From assembly GCA_033442325.1 (NCBI GenBank), contig JAWQFM010000002.1, positions 979,152-1,043,151 of the forward strand: DNA of 64,000 nucleotides, written 5' to 3'. A model generated the notes under the pieces. That model saw only the letters and a list, made by a program, of their open reading frames with translations. It searched no databases and was not told the origin of the DNA. Positions 55,681 to 64,000 of this stretch are shown in pieces. Position 1 is the stretch's first letter. Each line of letters starts with the position of its first letter. Position numbers and translations under genes: made by a program. The DNA comes from Salpingoeca rosetta (taxonomy: Eukaryota; Protista; Choanoflagellata).

Positions 55681-58600
55681 ATGGGTATGTGTGTATGCGT
55701 ATGTGTGTATGCGTATGTGTGTATGCGTACGTGTGTGTGTGTCATGTTTGTCTGCCTCTGTGTTCAAACGCATGTGCAAGTGCGGTTTGCGTGCGAGTTC
55801 ACGCGAGTTCGACTTGCAAATGACCACCACCCCCTCACCCATCATGCACACACGCAAACACACCTGTCCCCTCTTCCACAGATGAACGTGCGTCAGTCCG
55901 CCTCGGGCCACGCTTCGGTTCGTTCCACCATGCCGTCGTCCTCTGTTCTCGTCCTTGTGCTTCTTTTCTTCTTTCTTCTTCTTCTTCTTATGCTCCACTT
56001 GCACAGCTTACCCACATGTCCACTTCGCTGCATGACTGTCCCACCGACACAAAACGCCGCAACACCGCCGCAACACCACCACAACACAACACAACACGCG
56101 ATACAACACTCTCCCCCTCTCACACGCTTACACACACTGCCACGCTCACACAACACACACACACACAACACACAACACACACGCATACTACCTGCCGAAA
56201 CAGCTGCGTCCGCGCCTGCGCTCGTCGGCACAGGCACAGTCCACGCTTGCCAACCACATCTCGCGTGCCAACCGCGTGTTTGTGCTTGCAGGCAAGAAGA
56301 TTGCGTCGCCCGCCACGCTGCCGCCGCTTGGCGAGTCCGCGTCCGCCCACCGCTGGCGCGAGGAAAAGGACCTGCTCGCCCGGCAGAACGTCGCAGCCGA
56401 GGTTGCCGCCATCCTCTCTGCCACCGCCAACATTGTCACGCTCACAACAGCCCGCAGCGACAACACCAAGGTCAACTTCACCGCCGTCGGCGCCAGCATC
56501 TCCACACTGGCGTCCAACATGCGGTCTGCCGCCGAGGACGTGGCCATGCTCATGGCCCTCAACCCGGTGCAGGCAGACAACTTCAAGTCGGCGCTGGAGC
56601 AGCTGTCATCGCACCTGCGCTCGTTTGTGGACACGGTGGCCCCGACAGAGCGCGGCATCATGAACCGCCAGAACATCCTCTCCTCTGCAAACCAGGTTGG
56701 CCAAAGCGGGTCGGCGCTGCTGTCCCTGGCCCAGGCGGCCGAGGTCTCCGACGAGAAGCAGAGCCACATCATGGGCCTCACCAAGGCCATTGCAAACGCC
56801 ACCAGCGTGCTTGTGGACCGCGCAAAGACGGTGGCCGGCAAGTGCGACGACGCCGTGCTGCAGAGCAGCGTCATCACCGCCGCCAAGACCACCGCTGTCG
56901 CCACAACGCAGCTGGGCACCTGCTCCAAGATGCTGGTGCCATCCATCCACAGCGCGCTGTGCCAGGAGCAGCTGCAGGAGAGCGCCCGCGCCCTGGCCGC
57001 CTCTGTGGAGACGCTCGTCAGCGCGGCTCAGAACGCGTGTGCGGACGAGCAGGCCGTTGGCGAGCTCGCCCACGCCGCCACCGCCGTGTCCGACGCCCTC
57101 GGGCAGCTCATCCAGGGCATCAACGAAGTTGTTGTTGTCGTCGGCAACACCGCGTCGACCGGCGGCTCGCGCAGTCGTGCGGGCACGGCGTCCGGTGCCG
57201 CAACGGGCACGTACGCGACCCTGGGCGCAAGCGTGTCGCCCATGTTTGAGCGCGCGTGCGAGGAGATTCTGCAGTCTGCAGACGCCCTCCCGCGCCGGCT
57301 TGGCGACCCGCGGCAGATGGTGGCGACCGCAAAGCAGCTGGCCAAGGCCACGGCCGTGGTGGTGAGCGAGGTGAAGGCACGCGCCAACAGGGAGACAGAC
57401 CCGACGAAGCAGCAAGAGCACCTCAAGACGGCCCGCCGCCTTGCCGACGCCACAACGCGCCTGGTGGAGGCCACGAAGAAGGCGTCGCAGAACCCCAAGA
57501 GCAAGAAGGCGCAGCAGGCACTTCTGGACGCAGCGTCGAACCTGCGCGACGTGACGAAAGCCACAGCCAGCGACGTCATTCTCAAGCGCGCCATCACGGG
57601 GCTGGTCACCAGCGCCAAGCAGTCTGCCGCCTCCGTCACCCAGCTCATCAGCGCCGTGCACGCCACGGACGACCTCGTGCGGGAGTCGTCAACACGCGAG
57701 CGGCTGGCGGCGCAGTGCCAGCACATCCGCGGGCAGACGGCGCGCCTGATCACGGCCATTCGCGGTGCCCGCCGCGACCCCATGAACGCTGCGGCGCAGA
57801 TGGACCTGGTCAACAAGGCGCAGGACTTCCTGGCGCCGGCCAAGCGCCTTGCGGAGGCCGCCAGAAACGTCGCGCCCACGTTCACGGACGCCGCAGCCAC
57901 CATGCAGGTGACAAACTGCGCACGCAGCGTCAACGCGGCCCTGGCAGACCTCAAGTCGTCCATTGCGTCCACGGCCGACGCCTCGGACAGCCTTCAGTTG
58001 AGCCACGCCGTGGAGAGCGTACTCACGCTCGGCTCCTCGCTGGCCCAGCTGGACGCGATGGCGGAGCAAGGGCAGTTGGCGGCGATGCCTGGGGACGACC
58101 CTGCCGAGGCGGTGCGGCGCATCATGGCGTCCATCCACGCCGTCAAGACCCGCATCAAGCAGTTCCAGGCCGCGGTGAAGCAGGGCAACGAGGACTTTGT
58201 CAACAAGTGCGCCAACGCCATGGCCAAGGCCCTCAAGGAGCTCACCGTGGCGGTGCAGGTGTTTGCAGCGAGCACACCGGCCTCTGAGCAGCAGCGCGCC
58301 ATCCTCGCCCACGCCCGCGCGGTCATGCAGCAGGCGGCCCAGCTGCTGATGGAAGGCCGCAAGCTCGTGAGCGGCGCAGAGGCCGGCAGTGGCGGCAAGA
58401 TGTCGGCTGCGGCCATGGCGGAGGTGAAGGCTGCGAGCAAGCAGCTGTTGGAGAGCCTGTCGCAGCTGGCCTCGGACCTCCCGGGCCAGCGCAGTGCGCA
58501 GCAGTGCGCGCAGCAGGTGCACAAGCAGGCCAAGCCGCTGACACAGAGCAAGGGCTTCAGCGTGCAGGCGCAAGGCCCCGAAGTGTTCCAGCAGCACTCG

Positions 58601-60845
58601 GCCACCGTGATGTCCGCGGCCAATGCCTTGTCGCAGGTGGTGTCGGAGGTGTCTGACAAGGCCCTGCTGGGCGGGCCCGACGAGGTTGCCGCGGCATCGC
58701 AGCGCCTGGTGGAAGTGCACAAGTCGTTTGTGTCTGCGGGGCTCACCCTTGCCGGCGCGTGCGAGACGCAGGAGGACGCAAAGGACCTGCTGTCATTCCT
58801 GCAGAGCATCTCCACCAATGCGGAGAAGCTGCTGAAGCTTGGTGCTGCCACGGCCGTGGACCCGACAGACAACAGCCAGCGCAACCTCCTCTCCTCCGCC
58901 GTGCGTGGCATCTCTTCATCCATCAACAATCTTCTCACCGCGTGCACGCAGTCCGCCCCGGGCCAGAAGCAGTGTGACAAGGCCATTCGTACAGTGCAGG
59001 CCGCAGCGGCCTCGCTCGAGAGCCCAACATCCGCCATCAGCGCAAGCTCCTACTTTACCTGTGTTGACGACGTGCTGACCAAAACCAGAGTGCGTCAGTG
59101 CATGTTTGTTTGTTTGTATGCTTGTTTGTTTGTTTGTATGCTTGTTTGTTTGTATGCTTGTTTGTTTGGTTGGTTGGTTGGTTGTATGCTTGTTTGTTTG
59201 TTTGTATGCTTGTTTGGTTGGTTGTATGCTTGTTTGGTTGTATGCTTGTTTGTACGTGTTCTTCAGCTCGCTTCCCCTGCACGTGCCTTCTTTGCACACA
59301 TTCGCGCACACACGCATGCATACTTACTCACACACAACACGCACACACTCACTCACACACTCACACACTCACACACTCGTTCTTGTCTTCTCTGTGCAGG
59401 ACCTGGGCTCTGCACTGGCTGAGGTTGCGGGCCACTGCAAGAACCGTGACACAGACCGCTTCAACTCTGCACTGCAGCACGCCACAGATGCCGTCGTCGG
59501 TCTCTGCGAGGACGCTGCACAGGCAGCATACCTGGTTGCCGTGTCTGATGTGTCCTCCTCTGGTGGCTCTGGCGGTGGGGCGCTGGACCAGGCGGGCGTG
59601 ATTCGTTCCAAGGAAGCAATCGAGCACGCGTGCGCAACGCTGGTGAGCTGCACGTCGTCCCAGCAGGAGGTGATGGCGGCGGCAAAGCGCATCGCCACAG
59701 ATACAACGAGCCTGTGCCACCTGTGCCGTGCGGCGGCGGAGCAGACAACCAACCCAGTTGTCTCGCAGCAGCTGGTCGAGGTGTCCACGGCCATCTCCGG
59801 CGCCACACGCGACGTGATTGCCAACGCAAAGCAGCTGGCCTCGTCCATGACCCCCGAGGCGCGCGCTGCGTGCCAAGAGAGCTCGGCACAGCTGAACGAG
59901 GTGGTGGATCAGCTGCTTCAGCTGGCCACCGACGCGGACGCGGATGCGAGCGGTGCCGGTGCCGCCGCCTTCAGCGAAGAGGCGAAAGCGCGCCAGAAGC
60001 CGTTCTGCACCGCTGGGCGGGACGTGGCAGAGGCAAGCTGCAAGCTCATCACCGCCGCCAAGAGCCTGATTGCCAACCCACGCGACCCGCCAAAGTGGGA
60101 GGAGCTGGGCCAGCACTCCAAGACAGTGTCGCAGTCTGTGCAGGCGCTCGTGTCCGCCATGCAGGACAACGCGCCCGGCCAGCGCGAGTGCGACAACACC
60201 GCCTACGAGATTGGGCAGCTGCTGCACGACCTGCAGGAGACGGAGTACGCGTGCCAGAGCGGCACGCTGGAGGTGGCTGACGACGAGACGATGGGCGGTT
60301 TCCAGGAGGAGATTGTGGGCATGGCTGCGAACCTGCGCGAGGCGTGCGACGCGCTCAAGACGGGCGGAACGAGCGACCCGGCGCGTCTGGCGCACGCAGC
60401 GGAGGCAACGCGCACCATCGCAGACTCGTTGCTCACGAGCATGATTGGCGCCATCTCGCACATCAAGGACAGCGAGGTGCAGCAGTCCGTGTGCGCGCAG
60501 GGCCGGACGTTGCTGGAGGGCGTGAGCCAGCTCGTGCACGCGGCACGCGACTGTGGCGGCAACCCGGATGAGAAGACGAAGCACCGCATTGTCGCACGCG
60601 CGCGTGAGAACCTGGACAAGGGCATCACAGAGTTCTGTAACACGATTGGGCAGCTCACCAACGAGACTGGCGTTGCTGCTGGCAACCTGAACAACATCAA
60701 CCGCGCCCTGGACAAGCTGGAGCTCGGAGAAGCGGCCGAGTTCACCACTGCGCAGAACTTTGTCGACTACCAGGACTCTGCCAACAAGCACACCCGCAAG
60801 ATGGCCACAAAGGCACAGGTGTGTGTGTGTGTGTATGTGTGTGCT

Positions 60846-60880
<35 letters not shown>

Positions 60881-62196
60881 TGGCGCATCGCAGTTTGTGG
60901 TGGTGTGGTGGCGTTGTACTGGTTTTGTTCAAGTCGATCTTCGCGTTTTTTTCATGTTACTTGTTTGACTCATACTTCTCCTATCCCCCCCCCTTTTTTT
61001 TTGTTTCCCAAACCCACACAGGACATGTTGAGCAAGGCGCTTACGGAGCCGGAGGAGGTTCCTGCACTGGCCACCGATCTCACCAACCAGCTGCTCGCGC
61101 TCATCTCAGACACCACCGGTGCCCTCAAGGGCTTGCCGTCAGACAAGTTTGCCACACAGCTCAAGGGTGCCGTGCGTGATCTCGGTGTTGCCTGCAGCAA
61201 CCTGGTCGGCTCCGCTGGGCTGCTGCAGCAGCGACCAACGGACCAGGTGGCGAAGCAGGAGGTGGCCGACAGCGCGCGCGAGGTGTCGCGTCAGGTGCAG
61301 AGCGTGGTTGCCCAGCTGCAGGCTGGTTCCCGCGGCACGCAGGCGTGCATCGACGCGTGCGTCAAGGTCGAGGACACGGTCACAGACCTGGAGACAACGC
61401 TCATGTTTGCATCTGCGGGCTCGCTCATGCCGGACGCGCAGACGACGTTCACGGCGGAGCAGGGCCAGATCCGCGACAAGGCCAAGCAGCTTGTGGAGCA
61501 GACCAAGGCGCTTGTCACGGCAACGGCGGAGTCCCAGGACGACCTTGCTGCTGCTGCGGAGAAGCTCAACACCAACTTTGACGCACTCGTCGAGTCGCTG
61601 AAGCTTGGTGCAGCCTCGCTTGGGCCCGACCAGGTGGACGCCCAGGTGCTGCTGCTGAACGCTGCACGTGATGTGGGCGCAACGCTCGCTGAGCTCCTCA
61701 CCACAACCAAGTCCGTCTCCGGCAACCCACACGATGTACGTTTGAATGAAGCAGAAGGACGGGGATAGTGGAGGGGAGGGGGCATGTTTTGTGGTGCGTA
61801 CACGGGGGTGCTGTTGTTGAATTGCGTTTGTGCTGCTCAAGATTTGCACATGTGCCACTTGCATTAATTCACTGCGTGGCGGTGGCGGCTACTCACCAAT
61901 GCATGCACACACGAATAGGATGCGGCTGTGAAGAAGCTGGGCGAGCAAGCGCGGACCATGGCCACGAACATCAGCGGGCTGCTGAAGACGGTATCTGGCA
62001 TCGATGATGGTGCACAGCGCGTCACACAGGCCCTCGAGTCTGCAATGCAGGCCATTGAGCGGGAAGAAACGAGGTGCGGAATGTGTGTGTGTGTTGTTTA
62101 AGTTGTTGTTGTTTGTTGTTGTTGTTGTTGTTGTGTTTGTTGTTGTTTTTGTTTTTGTTGTTTGTTGTTGTTGTTGTTTGTTGTGTTTGTTGTTGT

Positions 62197-62251
<55 letters not shown>

Positions 62252-63586
62252 TGTCATTGTTGGTTGTTTGAACAAGGATGTGCGAAGTCATCGTGTATGT
62301 TTCGTGTTGTCATTGTCATGCATGGTTCGCCTCGGGCCGGATGTTTATGAATGTGCTCACCCACTTCCCTGGCCTTCCACACCCCCACCCTCCCCACCCC
62401 CACCCTTTCCTTTCTGTACACACCGCGCAGCTCCAGCCTTGTTGATGAGGATGTGAAGGACGAGGATGCGGTGGGCAACCTGATTGCGGCATCGCGGCCC
62501 GTGACCTCGGCGGTGACCAAGCTGGTGACGGCCATGGGCTCTGGCCAGGTGGATCGCCTGACGGGCGCCGCGAACGACGTACGCAAGGCCGTGATTGACC
62601 TGATGAAGGCTGCCGAGGTGGCCAGCGTTGTGAGCGAGGCGTCCACAGGCCGGGACGAGGTGCAGTCTGCGAGCAAGGGGTGCGCTGCGGCTGTTCGCGG
62701 CCTGCTTGGCGTTGCCGCGTCGCTTGCGGGCCGCCCAGCGACTTCCGACGCGAAGAAGCAGGCGCTCGAGTGGTCACGGCAAGTGGCGTCCAACCTGGCT
62801 GAGGTTGGCCAGGCCGCGCAGAACCTCAAGGGCGATGACTGGGTTGACCCGACCGACCCCAACGTCGTTGCGGAACAGGAGCTGCTGACCGCTGCTGCCG
62901 CCATCGACTCTGCCGCGGACAAGCTCTCTGTGATGCAGCCCCGCGCGGAGGTGCAGGTGGAGGACCTTCCGTTTGAGGAGCAGATTCTCGGCGCCGCAAA
63001 GAGCATTGCCACCGCCACGTCGTCACTGGTCAAGGCCGCCAACGCCGCACAGAAGGAGATGGCCGACACCATGCCGTTCTCTGGCGATTATTACAGTGAG
63101 GAGGCGCAGTGGTCAGCGAGCATGGTGTCTGCCGCCAAGCTGGTTGCGTTTGCCACGCAGAACCTGTGCGAGGCGGCCAACGCCACGGTGCAGGGCGGCT
63201 CTGCCGACGAGAAGCTGGTGGCGTCTGCGAAGAGCGTGGCCAACTCCACTGCGCAGCTCATGCTTGCTTGCCGCGCAAAGATGGATGCGCAGTCGCCGAC
63301 GGCCAAGCGGCTGCTGGCTGCCGGCTCCGCCGTCAAGAAGGCTGCAGATCACTTGGTGGAGTCTGCCAAGACGGCGCTTGAGGAGGCGCAGGAGGCAGAC
63401 ATGTCCCTGGACGAGCGCCCCGTGCAGAGCATGCGCCAGGAGATTGAGGCTGTGGAGGCCGTGCTGAAGCAGGAGCGCGAACTGGAGGCTGCAAAGCGCA
63501 ACCTGGCCAAGCTGCGCGCTACCAAGTACAAGAAGGGCAAATCCACCTGGGCCGCCTCCCTTCGCCTCTCCAAGCACATGGAGTGA
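52261..63586 (+). CDS. TLN: Full-length talin: F0-F3 FERM head, rod R1-R13, I/LWEQ actin-binding domain and dimerisation helix; roughly 2500 aa
   Basis: LVLRKKFFFSDQEINRDDPVQVNLVYGQAKDSIVKGEHP, LKTYGITFFSVREKVKGKNKLIPRLLGVT, RWVASPNSFTLDFG, ISQLIAGYIDIILKK, APGQKQCD, NPRDPPKW, GSRGTQACI, DWVDPTDPNVVAEQELL, FEEQILGAAKSIA, LKQERELEAAKRNLAKLR. Confidence 0.97.
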
Positions 63587-64000
63587 TGGAGTGAGAGCGA
63601 GACGCAGCAGGCATGTGGTGGTGCCGCCGTGTGGTATGACTTGTCGTTTGCTCAGCGAGGTGGGTGTTGTTGGTGCACGTGTGACATGACAAGTTGTTTC
63701 TTTTGTGCGACCTTCTCAATACAGTTTTGGTTCTGTGGTTGATTCCCCGTGATGTTTGCGGTTGACTTGTGACTGTACTGAGCGCACTTTCGTTCTGTTG
63801 TTTGTTTACTCTCGTTTCGTTCGCTCCATAAATGCCGCGAAAGCCGAAACGTCTCAAGTGTAAATCATGAACAGAGCAGTGGTCACAGACCAGACAAGAT
63901 GTCAGGCAGCGAGCTGCACATGACAATTGGGCAAAGTCTTGGGCGGCAGCAAAAGTAAGCGTCGGTGCATTTGTTTCGTGGGCGCGTCAGCTTGACTTGA

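Overview
Gene-dense, intron-rich eukaryotic DNA with GC-rich exons and introns full of (CA)n/(GT)n microsatellites. The gene content (talin, myosin V, INTS4, phosphotyrosine-motif proteins) plus this intron style points to a choanoflagellate, most likely Salpingoeca rosetta; this is inference, not a database result. I can support ten spliced genes and the first exon of an eleventh. In order: unknown first exon (-), dephospho-CoA kinase (+), MCM2 (-), myosin V (+), 11-beta-HSD1-like SDR (-), INTS4 (+), an uncharacterised PH/PTB-like phosphotyrosine docking protein (-), a NEK8/9-like kinase with RCC1 repeats (-), CWF19L2 (+), MCM10 (-), and full-length talin (+). There are three N gaps. I found no RNA genes, transposons or CRISPR arrays. 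Main observations: (1) microsatellites are polarised, with (CA)n before coding exons and (GT)n after them, and some 3' splice sites have only (CA)n in place of a polypyrimidine tract; (2) a Gab/Dok/FRS2-like orphan docking protein; (3) talin keeps integrin-binding, autoinhibition and R3 mechanosensor residues; (4) myosin V has tandem tyrosine motifs and an unexplained +1 frame break; (5) ten of eleven genes form head-to-head pairs, one with 75 bp between start codons, and both MCM genes pair with an actin-cytoskeleton gene across an E2F-like site. Gene models were spliced by eye, so internal exon boundaries are approximate. Comparisons with vertebrate proteins use sequences recalled from memory.
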